A stretch of DNA of 64,000 nucleotides, from assembly GCA_951406725.2 (NCBI GenBank), contig OX597821.1, forward strand, positions 21,204,001-21,268,000. The letters are read 5' to 3'. Shown here piece after piece: positions 42,110 through 55,417 of this stretch. The notes under the pieces are model-generated. The model worked only from the letters and a program-made list of their open reading frames with translations. It had not been told where the DNA came from and did no database searches. This DNA comes from Octopus vulgaris (Eukaryota). The position numbers were made by a program, and so were the translations under genes. How positions within the stretch are numbered: position 1 is the stretch's first letter; every line of letters begins with the position of its first letter.

Positions 42110-42856
42110 CATGTGTGTGTGAGTGCTTGTGAATGTTTATATGTATTTGTATGCGGTTGGGTGCTTTTAAAGAACATCTTCCCTATTGTAATTTGTTCCT
42201 CACCATTTTTTCTTCAAAGCATTATCAAACAATGAAATAACATACATTTTCCCAAACCACTTTAAACATCTATCTACCTGTTGTTGTTCCCTCGACACAA
42301 ACGTTTCATTATCCACCCAAACTATCACCCCCACTGCACCACCACCACCAACAACAACGACTACATCAACAACAACACTTTCATTGCTCTTTCTGCTACT
42401 GTTATTGGGTGTCGTTTCACAAAGTATGTTAGTTGAGTGTTTGCAAGGAATTCCCAACAGCAACACATGTTTATCGAAGGAGGCCTGGATCTCGCATGTT
42501 TTTTTTTTTCATAACCGGGCATTAATACTATTGGACCCTTCGTGGATTTTACACCGACATCATCATCTAGTTTTCTCTTTCTTCCCTACCCTCTTCTTTT
42601 GCAAAAAATTCTTTCCCCATTTATCTCTTATTCCCTCTCTCCCTCCATCTACATACTAATTTGTATCATACTATTTTTTTTTCCTATACACGTAATATTT
42701 TTACCTCTCTGCCTCATTTTCACTTTTCATCTGCCTCTCTTTACATATTTAATATTCGTTCACTTTTTATTTATCTGCCTTTTTCTTTTTCCTTCATAGT
42801 ATCTGTCTTTTACCCATCTCTCTTTTTCTCTCTCGCTTTCTCTCCCTCTCTCTCTC

Positions 42857-43124
42857 CTATTTTCTCTCTTTCTTTACTTTATCTTTCATATAGTGCTATA
42901 TATTTTTCGCTCTTTCACGCTGAATTTCATTTATACACACGCGCACCCACACTCTACACCCATAATACATACACATACACACAAATATCTATATGCACAT
43001 ACATTCATAAATACATACACAGACAAACATACATGTGTTAACGTCTTTCTCCCTTTCTTTCTCTCATCATTTATGTTATGTCTGTATACATATAGACATA
43101 TTCATAGATACATATACACTTACG

Positions 43125-43173
<49 letters not shown>

Positions 43174-43801
43174 CACATGGACACACACATTTGTGATGCT
43201 GATACAAAATCACTCTGCTAATCGTATTCATATCCCACTAACAAAGGTGTTAATATCTAAAATTCCACCCTTGCTTACATTATAAACCATACACAGAAAA
43301 ACACATACCAAACATACGTTATCACATCGTAACACACTCATACGAAAACACACCTGTACACACACATATACAGGTTCACTTTTTATTTATATATATTATC
43401 TGCCTATATTTCTATAGTTACCTTCATACGCTAGTATCTGTCTATTTACCCATCTCTATAAAGTGACACGTTTTTATTACTACACTCTCTTTCAGTTTCT
43501 CTGGATGACCAAGAATCCCTCTCTCTGTCCAGCTATTTTCTCTCTTTCTTTACTTTATCTTTCATATAGTGCTATATATTTTTCGCTCTTTCACGCTGAA
43601 TTTCATTTATACACACGCGCACCCACACTCTACACCCATATATACATACACATACACACAAATATCTATATGCACATACATTCATAAATACATACACAGA
43701 CAAACATACATGTGTTAACGTCTTTCTCCCTTTCTTTCTCTCATCATTTATGTTATGTCTGTATACATATAGACATATACATAGATACATATACACTTAC
43801 G

Positions 43802-43849
<48 letters not shown>

Positions 43850-44047
43850 GGACACACACATTTGTGATGCTGATACAAAATCACTCTGCTAATCGTATTC
43901 ATATCCCACTAACAAAGGTGTTAATATCTAAAATTCCACCCTTGCTTACATTATAAACCATACACAGAAAAACACATACCAAACATACGTTATCACATCG
44001 TAACACACTCATACGAAAACACACCTGTACACACACATATACAGGTT
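42857..44047. repeat. Near-identical ~515-bp direct duplication (42857-43376 and 43533-44047); suspected assembly artefact
   Basis: Copies differ mainly in microsatellite lengths; the spacer is a mosaic of the two flanks. Confidence 0.85.
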
Positions 44048-44107
44048 AATACACCCCCCACATATATATATATTATCAATTGTATATGTGTATATATATA
44101 TATATTA

Positions 44108-44151
<44 letters not shown>

Positions 44152-46025
44152 CTATAGTTACCGCTTTATATGTGCATACGCTACCATCTTAGCCCGTACA
44201 CATATATTCTCTGTGATTATATAAACTACGATTGGAATGTATATATGCAAACAGTTCACTGGATGGAATATATTAATTCATGGATGTATGGAAGCCTATA
44301 AAGTGACACGTTAGAATTTATTACTACACTTCTGGAATATATAATTTATAGCTTTCAGTTGTTAACTGAATGGATGACCAAGAATCCCTCCTTGTAGTAC
44401 AGCTTTCTGAACGTGCTTACTTTATTCTTCGCGAAGAATATGAACTTGCGGCGATTTAGGAACTATTTGTTGATGCTCGTTTTTAACTTTCTTCAGTATA
44501 GATTTACATATTTATTACTTGTGGTGTAACTTTCGGATTCTCACTCATATAGGCATGTTGAAAATTGGATACCGATTGATTTTGTTTACTATGCAAAAAG
44601 CACAAATCACTTTACCGTAATTGTGGTTCTGTAAATAACTTGATTCTATTATATATATATATATATGTTTCGAACTTCTGTGTTGCTGGTGCCAATTTTA
44701 AACACTTCTGTCAGAAAACAAAAGCTGCAGTAGATTTTGGATTTGTATATCGTTAGTACAGCCAATAAACACATAATTTCATGGACATATATAAAATAAT
44801 ACTTTGGTTATTCTGTTTACCATTACTGTGTCCTTGTTTTATAGACGTCTGATTTTCATTGTAATTTCGCTTAATTTTGCTGGTTTGGGAATTAAAACCC
44901 TTCAATCTGCTTTATTGTTTCTATGATGCAAAACTCCCATGCAGAGAGCTGAAACCCAGAAACGCTGTGGAAGGAACACTGCTGAAATCTTTGCTCAACC
45001 TTCTTATGATAATTAACCATATTTGATTGTAATCTAATTAGCATAAATAATGGTTTTCATGTAACAAAGCGCTTCAAAATATGATAGCTATTTGGAAACA
45101 GATGAACTCTTCTTTCCCAGCTGATGCCTATTGGCAGTTACATAGCCTAAGTAATAACTTACTGCAGTCTTCACATAGTATTACCATCTCTTCAGGGGAA
45201 CAATTCATAGATTAATCAATCGTATGCCCTGTACATTTTACATTTACAGCGTGGTGGGCGATATTTCCCTGCGGTGACTATTCATAATTAAGTAGACCAT
45301 ATACCATTCAAAAGGACCACATGCACTATACTATCTTATGGTACCTATTAGTGATTTGATATCATTGACTTTCTCCATGATATCCATATAAAATGCGGTC
45401 TGTAATACTTCATGTTACATACTTATTGCTGTAAAACCATTTATACTCCATCTTGTAATATAAACCTCATATAAAATCTAATTGGGACTAAATGAACTGT
45501 AACACATCGTGACACTTATTTATATATTAAGGGATTCTAATAGACTTTAACAGATGATTAACATTTTATATTGCACTTATCTACAGCTGTAATGTGGCCT
45601 ATTGTTGTATAAAGTAGCTATTCATTTGTATGTGGATTACTGTAAACGAGTACCTATATACAGCTAGTAAGATGGATCAATAATTGATACGTCACTTGGC
45701 AAAGAATTTACCTCATCGACAGTGTTAAGATTCGATCTATTGATAGATGTTTATTTATTCTTTTATTTGTTTGCTCTTCTTTTTTTTTTCAAAGCATTAG
45801 TCAGACGACACTTGTGATTGTGATGCAGTTCCGATACAGAAAATCAGAAACGGTATTGTGTCTAATTTACCCTACTACTGGGTGCGATGTAGAACAACTA
45901 CCGCTACAAAAACATTACCATCATTATCATCGTCATCATCAACATCAACAGCAACAGTAGAATTATAAAGAGAAGTAAGAACATATTCTTCGAAACGGTT
46001 GGAAATTGAACTTGTGACCAGTAGT

Positions 46026-46364
46026 ATGGATGCAGGTAGAACCGACATGGAGTGTGCTACATACGGCAGCACGTGGGATTCGATCGACATTCGAGCCTAT
46101 TCACCCGTCATTGATTGGAAAACGGCTAACGGCCAAAACAGTTACTTGGACACGTTTGACGTGAACAGTTATCGATCCGTTATCGATTGGGATGAGGGCA
46201 GGCAGCAGAGTATTAACATGGATCATTTGGATATACGTAAGTCACAGGTGTTAATTATACAAATGGCAGAGAAAGCTCCGTTAAAACCTAAAAGACATAT
46301 CCCACGTATGTATGACGCTACGGATAATGTACTGACCAACGGTGGAAGTGATATGCAGCGAGAG
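46026..46364 (+). CDS. Probable first coding exon (113 aa) of an uncharacterised host protein
   Basis: ATG in agtATGg context with upstream in-frame TAA (45966); non-repetitive, more balanced base composition; strong phase-0 donor GAG|GTAAGA; polypyrimidine acceptor ttttttttttcaaag at ~45794. Confidence 0.65.
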
Positions 46365-46844
46365 GTAAGACATTGACCATTATTATTTATCGTTGTATTT
46401 TTGATGAATATTGTATGTTGATAATTTGAACGTATGCACTATTTAATTACAGTAGCAACGCTAATGAACTGTCGTAGGTTTACAAATAGTAATGTGGCAT
46501 TTAGCCTCGTCCGATTATGATCTGAATTGAAACCCTATTTATGTCGAAATTATATCACACCCATTTATGTTGTTATTATTATAGTTTATCTTCGGATGAG
46601 AGTGGCAAGACTGAACGAGCCTATCTGTGTATGCTTGTCTAACTTGTCGGGAACGACACAAGGAGAGAGCACTTTAGATGACGTGTAGACGGTAAAGTAA
46701 TTCGTGCCTTTTTATTTGAGACTACTTCCGAATTCCCCTCAGAGGATAAACTTACCACAGCGGAATTTTTTTTGTATCTGATATTTTATAATTGTATATT
46801 TATACATATGGTTATATACATATATACATATGGTTATATATTTA

Positions 46845-47105
46845 TGGTTAAGGCAGCGGACTCGCGGTCGGAGGATCGCGGTTTCGATTCCCACACCGGG
46901 CGTTGTGTGTGTTTATTGAACGAAAACACCTAAAAGCTCTACAAGGCTCCGGCAGGGGGTAGTGGCGACCCCTGTGATACTCTTTTGACACAGCTTTCTC
47001 TCACTCTCTCTTCCTGTTTCTTGAGTAACGCTGCGATGGACTGGCGCCACAGAAACCGGGAAACCGGACCCATGAGCCTGGCGAGGCTTGAAAAGGGCAA
47101 CGTTT
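46845..47105 (+). mobile_element. tRNA-Arg-headed OR1/OR2-like SINE, tail type C
   Basis: Head and core match 7410-7796; diverges after ttcctgtttct into gagtaacgctgcgatggactgg..gaaaccgggaaaccgg. Confidence 0.85.
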
Positions 47106-47192
47106 ATCGTTTTAAATATTGATTCACGTTTTGTGTGTTTTATTTCGTCCTGTTTAATTGTCCTCAATGGCTTGTTGTTTTTAACATCATTA

Positions 47193-47409
47193 AAGCGCTG
47201 AGCTGGCAGAATCGTTAGCACGCCGGGCAAAATGTCTAGCTGCATTTTATTCGTTCTATGTTCTGAGTTCGAATTCCGCTAGGGTCGACTTTGCCTTTAA
47301 TCCTTTAGGGATCGATCAAATAAATACCAATCTAGTGCCGGAGTCGATGAAATCCCCCACCCAACTCTCCCTCAAAATTTCAGGCCTTATGCTTCTAGTA
47401 GAAAGGATC

Positions 47410-47410
<1 letters not shown>
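47193..47410 (+). mobile_element. SINE family 2, tail b
   Basis: gagctggcagaatcgttagcacgccggg...caaaatttcaggcctt..tagtagaaagga followed by (CTT)n(ATT)n. Confidence 0.85.
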
Positions 47411-47469
<59 letters not shown>

Positions 47470-47860
47470 GAGTGAGAGAGCAGTTCATGCCATCAAAGTG
47501 ACACTGGGGTAAAATATACGAAGCCCAATATACCCATCATGACTACCCGTCGATTACACCAGGCACATTATTATTATTATTATTATTATGGGGCCCAGTT
47601 AGAATTTTCTTCAGGTTGAGTAGCCCATCCCGCTCAAAGGTCCCTGAATAAGGATGTTTAGGATGTTGAAAGAACTACCCGTGTTTCAGAGGTGAATTAT
47701 TCAAACCCCAAAGAATCCTCTCAATACATGGCTATGATGCTCCCCACTACTTCTGCTCGTGATCAGAGATGCACATATCGTCAGCCACTAAGGGACATGC
47801 TCAACTGGTTAAGGTCAAACAACTGACAAGCAAATCTGTATTGAGCAGAATATTTGCTGT

Positions 47861-47918
<58 letters not shown>

Positions 47919-48405
47919 TGAAGGCGTCACACAGTATCCAATATCGTGATGGTGTGGTTTGAAAACATTGTGTCTACCAGGAGTCTAGCAGCGCATGCCA
48001 TTAGAGTAACACTGTATACGAAGCCCAATATACCCATCATGAATACATGTCGGATAAGGGTACACCAGGTACATGCATCACCGCCATATGTACTCGACAT
48101 GGTGATCTAATATCAAGATAACCAGCGCATGACCTTGCATGTGGAGCCCAGTTAGAACGTTTTCTTCGCGTCGAGTAGCCCATCCCAATCAAAATCCCTG
48201 TATAAGGGTTGTCTACTGTTGATGAACGAAACAACCAGCTTTCCAGAGGTGAATTACCCCACTATTTCTGCTCAATATCAGAAATGCACATATAGTCAGC
48301 CAGAAAGGGATATGCTCAACTAGTTAAGGTGACACAACTGACAAGCAAATATGTGGCATTGGGCAGAATATTTGTTGTAACCCATCCTTTACACCAAAAG
48401 AAAAC
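47470..48405 (-). mobile_element. Two truncated copies of the (AAT)n-associated ~555-bp retroposon (47470-47862 and ~47985-48405)
   Basis: Reverse complement of 59951-60504; embedded in (ATT)n. Confidence 0.85.
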
Positions 48406-48419
48406 GTTTATTATCATTA

Positions 48420-49550
48420 CCTACAAAGTCGTCAGGCGCTCACAACCAGTCGGACAATGGGATCAGTAGATGTTCTGCTTTAGAAATTTATAAAGGATTG
48501 GCGGCGGGGAAGTTCAACGATGTTCTCGCGGTGACTCTGGGCGACGACGAAAACGAATTGGCTAGTCAGTTCCGGAGGACTTTCCGATCGGGAACTATCA
48601 CGGATAATTTCCAGATGTCCTTGGACTGGCACTGCGACTTGGTGGTGGGTACTACCGGTTCGAGATAAGCTCTACAGGCACACCTGTGCTGTTAGACTGA
48701 TTTGTCCGAGGTGCACACAGAGTGACTAAAGTGTTCTGCACACCCTGGTTCAGTGTCATTGCTGACTTGTGGGGTTAGGTTGAACAGCTGCTTTCGCATG
48801 CGGGACGGATCCGTCAGTCGGCTGACTCTAGTGATGATCACATTTCCGCCCTCCTTCAATAAAGCAGTTTTCCTTTGCCTGGTTGCTGTGGCGAAATAGG
48901 TTGTTTGGTCGACAAGGCTGCAAGGCATGCGGACATGTACATTCCTCTTTGGTAGAGCTCTCATTGACTTCTTCAAGTTTCACTTGGAAGGGAAATTGAG
49001 AGTGGAGAGGGAAGTACTATACCCGACTGAGTTTATTGAAAGGTGGGTGAAAGTTGCGAAAGAGTGGATGCACCAGCATAGCTAGAGTGTGTTCCGCCCA
49101 GGCCGGCCCTTCTGTTTTTCGCACTCAGACCCCACAAAAAACCACATATCGCCTACAGCAGACTCAAAAGTTGTGCCTTTTTAAAAGTGCCGCCCGAGGC
49201 AGACCGCCCCTAGCGACCCCATAGCTACGCTAGTGAGTGGATGGTACCTCTCTAAGTGTAGACCTGTGAGTCGGAAGAGGAAGATTTGGAAAGGGCACTT
49301 GCTCCTGGGGATTCAGGAAAATCTCGGATAGTGGGGTTCCTCGATTATCCTTAGAGGTTTTCCCGTATCAGGAGGAGCACATCATTATCATTCTTCCCCT
49401 ACTATTTTTTAAAACTTTCTATGCTATATATACGTTCCTTCTTTTGTATAATCATTTCATTATATGTAAACCCCCACACTTTGTGCCTGTGTCTTTATTC
49501 TCCGCCCCCATTCTTCACCCATGTGGCAAATAAATGAAATCATCATCATC
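48420..49550 (+). mobile_element. L1/Tx1-clade LINE 3' end (zf-RVT region, 3' UTR, (ATC)n tail)
   Basis: DNFQMSL..LPVRDKLYRH..CPRC..SVLHTLVQC..LWG.VEQLL..LVAVAK.VVW; ends ggcaaataaatgaaatcatcatc. Confidence 0.75.
49071..49235. mobile_element. 165-bp hAT-type MITE inserted in the Tx1 remnant
   Basis: TIRs CACCAGCATAGCTA / TAGCTACGCTAGTG (12 of 14 match); perfect 8-bp TSD AGTGGATG at 49063-49070 and 49236-49243. Confidence 0.85.
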
Positions 49551-49570
49551 AAAATTATTATTGTTATTAC

Positions 49571-49604
<34 letters not shown>

Positions 49605-50030
49605 GCTGCTGTTGTAGTTGCTGTTATAGCTGATGTTGTTGTAAAGTAGTAGTAGTAGTAGGAGGAGGAGGAGGAGGAGGGGTAGTAGTAGTAGTAGTGT
49701 TGATGGTGGTGGTGGTTATAGTGGTGGTGGTGTTGATGGTGGTGGTGTTGATGGTGGTAGTGGTGGTGGTGGTGGTGGTGATGGTAGTGGTGGTGTTAAT
49801 AGATTTGTTTATCTAATTTATATGTTTTCAGATAGTGTAAATAGTATTTGTCTGTAAGTTAAGTTAATACACAGAAAGTAAAATATGATTGATTGCAGAA
49901 TTTTGTGAAATTTTGTATTTTACACCGAAGGGAGTATGTTATAGAGTTTATGAAACGTGTACTACCCATTTCGCAAATGTTGCACAATGTTTATAGAGAT
50001 CTTGCCGATGTTGTTGTTGTTGTTGTTAGT

Positions 50031-50372
50031 GTACTTTTATCATTTTTTCACTTGTTTGGGTTATTAGACTGCGGCCATGCTGGGGCACTGCCTTAAATTC
50101 TTTAGTCGAAGGAATCGATCCCACTAGTCATTTTTATCAAGCCTGAACTTTGTCGGAACTTTTGTCGAACCGCCAAGTGACGGGAATGTAAACACACCAA
50201 CAATCGTTGTCAAGCAATGGTGGGGGAACAAGTATAGCCACAAAGAGACACACACATAGACACATACACACAACCACACCCATATATAATATATATAGTC
50301 TGTAACTTGTTTCAGCTTTAAAGCTGCGGTCATGCCGGGGCATATATATACACATACATATATATATGTATA

Positions 50373-50410
<38 letters not shown>

Positions 50411-50598
50411 GGGTTGAGTCGGGGTTAACCACAGTAAATAAGGTACTCAATACATAGCAGAGTAAATTAATTTATTTTATAGAAGGAGTTTCTACAGGAC
50501 TAGAACTGTTTCATTCAAAAGAAATCATCAGGAGCTTCCTGATGATTTCTTTTGAATGAAACAGTTCTAGTCCTGTAGAAGCTCCTTCTATAAAATGA

Positions 50599-50694
<96 letters not shown>

Positions 50695-50758
50695 AGGCTT
50701 TTGTTGACCCTAGGCTATAGTAAAAGACACTTCTTACCACACAGCCACGCCTGCGCCT
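50031..50758 (-). mobile_element. SINE family 3 (degraded) with a palindromic hammerhead element nested in its internal (TA)n
   Basis: Tail half at 50031-50280; head remnant caaggctt..ccacacagccacgcctgcgcct at 50692-50758. Confidence 0.75.
50531..50585 (+). ncRNA. Type I hammerhead ribozyme with canonical core, inside a ~130-bp palindrome
   Basis: GGAGCTTC-CTGATGA-tTTCttttGAAt-GAAA-CAGttctagtcCTG-TA-GAAGCTCC: 8-bp stem I, GUA triplet, predicted cleavage after 50577. Confidence 0.8.
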
Positions 50759-52199
50759 GAATATTTGTATATTTGTTGAATATTTCCTTATAGGCCTTTA
50801 TCCAAAAAATCTATGTCCAAAAGCGTTCCAGTAATGCCTTTCCTGTAGTTTTTGAAGCCGAGAAATACGTAGGGTAGAGCACCATTTGTATTCTCTTAAT
50901 TATTTGAACAATGAAGTATATCTGCGAAACACTTCTCTGGTGTATGTAATAGGTCGGATAACTGTAGATACTACGGCAGTGGTACTTGTGCGATAAGTTT
51001 TGTGTTGTTTTTCAGATCCAGGTAGGCAAGTATCCAACAAATTCATAACCAAGGTTATCATAAATGTGACCTTCACATCGTTTTTGTATGCAAACACCCC
51101 CACAAAAAACATTTATATACACATTCATATACAGTTATACAAACACACATATGACCCTTTGTATACATATAGATTAGATATTTTCACGAACTAATATATA
51201 TGTATGAAGTATGAGTGTTTGTATATGTGTGTGTGTGTGTGTTTGTGTTGTTTATAGACTCAAAGTTTAAAAGATCGTTTTCGAAACTCCGAAATCTGAG
51301 GTTCGTCGCATATCTTCTGATTAAAAATGACCTAAAGGATAGATTATATTGAATGTCAAAACTCTAGGTTTGTCCCATTTGTTGTCACATTGCGTAAGCT
51401 TGAAGTCTAAAATAATATAATTCGAATCTTTAGAATCCCCGGTCTATTACAAATCAATTCAATAAGCATGAAATTCGGTTGATTGAGTAACCATTTATTC
51501 CTCCCCGAAATTGACGAAGATCCATCTAACTTTCAATCCCTTAATTCATCCAATTAGCCTTCAGAAGTGTGATTCGTTGGAGATTTGAAGATTACAGAAA
51601 AAGAATTCGTGCCTGTAGAATGCTCATCCGATTATACGTTAATTCAATGGGCAGTAGAATCAATTTGACTGAAGAATTTTCCTTCCCTCAATCCATTCAT
51701 CTATACAGCTCCTAAATCAAAGATGCGATTCGAAGTAGATTTGGTTTTTATTCCAAATAAGCCAGTTAGCCTTATAGTGGCCCTCCTGTTGCTTTCCATG
51801 AGTAAAGTTGTAAAGAACTTTCACGCTTTTGGTTATTTTCTTATTTTATTTTTCTTTTTGTTTGTTTCTTTTTTCTTTTTTCATTTATCTTTTAGCTAGG
51901 TGCTGTAAAGATATCTACTAGAGGACATATATTTTTATTCCTTTCTCCAATTATACTATATGTAGCGTAGCCTTTTCATCTGCATATCGTGTGGACAGAG
52001 AAATTACAAATTATCATCATCATATTATCATCACTTAACGAGCTCCTGACTTGTTTATACACCTTATTCTCAATTCTCTGTCGAAATGTCTGCATATTTC
52101 CAACGCAGTACACCTGATGACTCAAATTCGAAGTCTGACTTGAAGAGAAAGGAGGAATCAAATATAATGTCATTAATTGTTTATTTATTAATGTATATG

Positions 52200-52340
52200 G
52201 CAGTAATATTTTGTATAATACCAAGTGTTTACTAGACATTGATCTCAGTTACACCTTGATGATTCGTCTTTGCACTTTCTCCAGATGTTCCAAACCGTTT
52301 ATTTTACTTGGAGCCTTACCGCCATAGACCTTACTCTTAC
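52200..52340 (-). pseudogene. CR1/L2-type LINE RT C-terminal remnant
   Basis: Minus translation LEHLEKVQRRIIKV resembles LExVQRRATK. Confidence 0.45.
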
Positions 52341-52889
52341 CACTTTTCCACTCTGACAGTCTTTGTTGGTTCAAGTGTTTTCGTCCTTTTTTATAAAATG
52401 GCCTTTTTGACATATTTTACAATGTGTTATGTGAACTATACTACACAAATATAATTACGCTGATCCAGTTTAAATTCAGCATAGTCAATTAACCATGATG
52501 AATTTCTTCAAAATGTAGATGTTGGATAAATTTATTTAATCTTTACTTCAAAGACTGAATCGCCCCTGCATAATCCGGTAAATTCACTTACTCAGTTTAA
52601 GATAATATAAAATCCTTTAACTTCCATATCTAAATTCCGGCTTAAGCAGCTTATACAACGCCTAAGAATAATGTTTCATCAGTACATTCAAAATATTTCA
52701 TATCATCCATTAATCGTTGACCTAATTCTTTGCACCTCACTACCACAAATCCCAAATGTTGTTGATCAATGCATACTGGAATTATTACTGATAAAAAACC
52801 CTTTGGCTCACAAATACTTTGGATTCAAAGAAAAAATGAATATGTCAATTTTCCCATTCAATCTTACTATCATCTTCAATAACCACACT

Positions 52890-53112
52890 TACTCTTTTCT
52901 ACTCTAGGCACAAGGCCCGAAATTTTTTGGTCGGTGGAGGGGTCAATCGATTGGATCGAGCTCACTACGAAACTGGTACTGAATTTATCGACCCCGAAAG
53001 GATTAATGGCAAATTCGACCTCGGCCGAATTTGAACTCAGAACGTAAATACAGACAAAATACCGCTAAGCATTTCGCCCAGCGTGCTAACGTTTCTGCCA
53101 GTTCACCGTCTT
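52890..53112 (-). mobile_element. SINE family 2, tail b, full length
   Basis: Complete head and body; flanked by aataac(c/t)acacttac, a TSD-like repeat. Confidence 0.85.
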
Positions 53113-53199
53113 AATAACTACACTTACAACTGTAACCATCATCAAAGATACACCCCCACCAATCGTTGCTTTCATTCTCTTTTAATAAGTTTGACAATC

Positions 53200-53745
53200 C
53201 ACTGGGAGCTTTGTTGAAAGGTAGGATTTGAACATACCGATAAATAGTATGAACATGAATCTAGAAATACAAGATGTTGTGGGACTCTAATATTCAGACT
53301 GACAGAGTAATAGGAAGTTAGAAGGCTTGATTTGGTAGTAGTAGATAAAGAGAATAGAAAATGCCCGGTCATTGACTTTACAGTCCCAAATTCTGAAGAT
53401 GTTAATATAAGAAGTAGAGAAAAAATAGCAAAGCACTAGGACCTAGCTCTTCAATTACAAAGACTATGGAAAGTACGGATAAAATGTATTCCAGTAGATA
53501 TAGGTGCATTGGGAACAATCCCTAAAGATCTGAACAGATGGATTGAGGAGATAGGCATAAAATTCAGTTTATTACAGCTGCAGAGAACAGTGTTATTAGG
53601 GGCGCTAGGATACTTAGGTGGGGTTTTTCGCATCTAAGGTTACGTGTTGTAACCCAATAGGAGGTTTCTTGGCATCTAAGATTACTTGGTGTAGCCCGTT
53701 GTTAGGATTATTTTCTTTTCCAACAGTCTAACCCATTGAGTATGT
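53200..53745 (+). pseudogene. R4-type LINE 3' fragment ending in (AAT)n
   Basis: RRLDLVVVDKENRKCPVIDFTVP..REKIAKH.DL..LWKVRIKCIPVDIGALGTIPK. Confidence 0.75.
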
Positions 53746-53754
53746 ATGAATAAT

Positions 53755-53823
<69 letters not shown>

Positions 53824-53853
53824 TATAATAATAATAATAATAATAATGATAAT

Positions 53854-53916
<63 letters not shown>

Positions 53917-54087
53917 CCTTTCTATTATAAGAATAAAGGAAGGGGGTGGTCGATTAAATTGAACCCCACAGTTTGAATTGTACTTAATTTATCGACCACC
54001 AAAAGGATGAAAGGGAAAGTCGACCTCGGCGGAATTTGAACTCAGAACGTTACAGCTGATCAAAGATCGTAATAACAACAACAACAG

Positions 54088-54118
<31 letters not shown>

Positions 54119-54160
54119 AATAATAATAATAATAATATGATGATGATGATGATGATAATG

Positions 54161-54225
<65 letters not shown>

Positions 54226-54935
54226 CCTTTCTATTCTTTTTTTTTATAAATAAACGAATCACTGATCATAAAATCTGTCTTAGCCAATTAACGTACAGAT
54301 CGAACTATAGTTATTGATTAGATGATTCTTGTCGTTGTTAATGTTCTTTCAGAAACATGGTTACATTTTTAATCTGTTTTTTCTTCTTACTTTTTCTCTT
54401 AAAATTTCTTTGTTTCTTACGATTCGTCGTTTAAATACTTTTTAGAATTTTGATTTCTATTTTCTGTTAATTGAAAAGTTCTTCGAATGTACTTTTTAAT
54501 ATTTTTTCATTCATTTATTTATTTATTTATTTTTACTTGTTTGTTTACTATATTTTTTATAATTATTTTATTTATTCGTTTCACTAAGTTTGTTGTCATT
54601 CATATGACCGATTTTTTGTTGTTTTTAAGCTGTGATTATTATTGTGATAAAGATTTTGTTTTTAAGAAGGTCTTGCTAAATTATTTTTTCAACCATCCCC
54701 TCTCCTTCACTTTTTATTCTAATTCTTTTTTGTAGTAAGAGTAATGATATCATTGTTGTTGATGTTATGGTTGTGCTACAATTGTTGTTCCTGTGATGTT
54801 GGTTTGGTAATTGTAGATTGTATTTCTCTAGTGTTGTCGTTTTGTCTCTCACGTACTTATTAAAATGGCTATGTAAATACTACTACTACTGCTACTAATA
54901 CTACTACTACTACTACCACTAATAATAATAATAAC

Positions 54936-54972
<37 letters not shown>

Positions 54973-55179
54973 CTTTCCGCTATAGGCACAAGATCTGAAA
55001 TTTGGGGGATATAGTCGTTTACATCGATCCCAGCGCTCGAATGGTATTCATTTTATCGACCCCGAAAGGATGAAAAGCAAAGTCGATCTCAAAATAATTT
55101 GAACTCAGAACATGAAGACGAATGAAATAATGCAACGCATTCGTCTAGCGTGCTAACGATTCTGCCAACTCACCGCCTT
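53917..55179 (-). mobile_element. Two SINE family 2 tail-b copies (53917-54050 partial; 54972-55179)
   Basis: tttatcgac...aaaggatgaaa...aaagtcga...tttgaactcagaac signature. Confidence 0.75.
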
Positions 55180-55193
55180 ATATAATAATGATG

Positions 55194-55254
<61 letters not shown>

Positions 55255-55270
55255 AGATGATGATGATGAA

Positions 55271-55306
<36 letters not shown>

Positions 55307-55319
55307 AATAATAATAATA

Positions 55320-55417
<98 letters not shown>

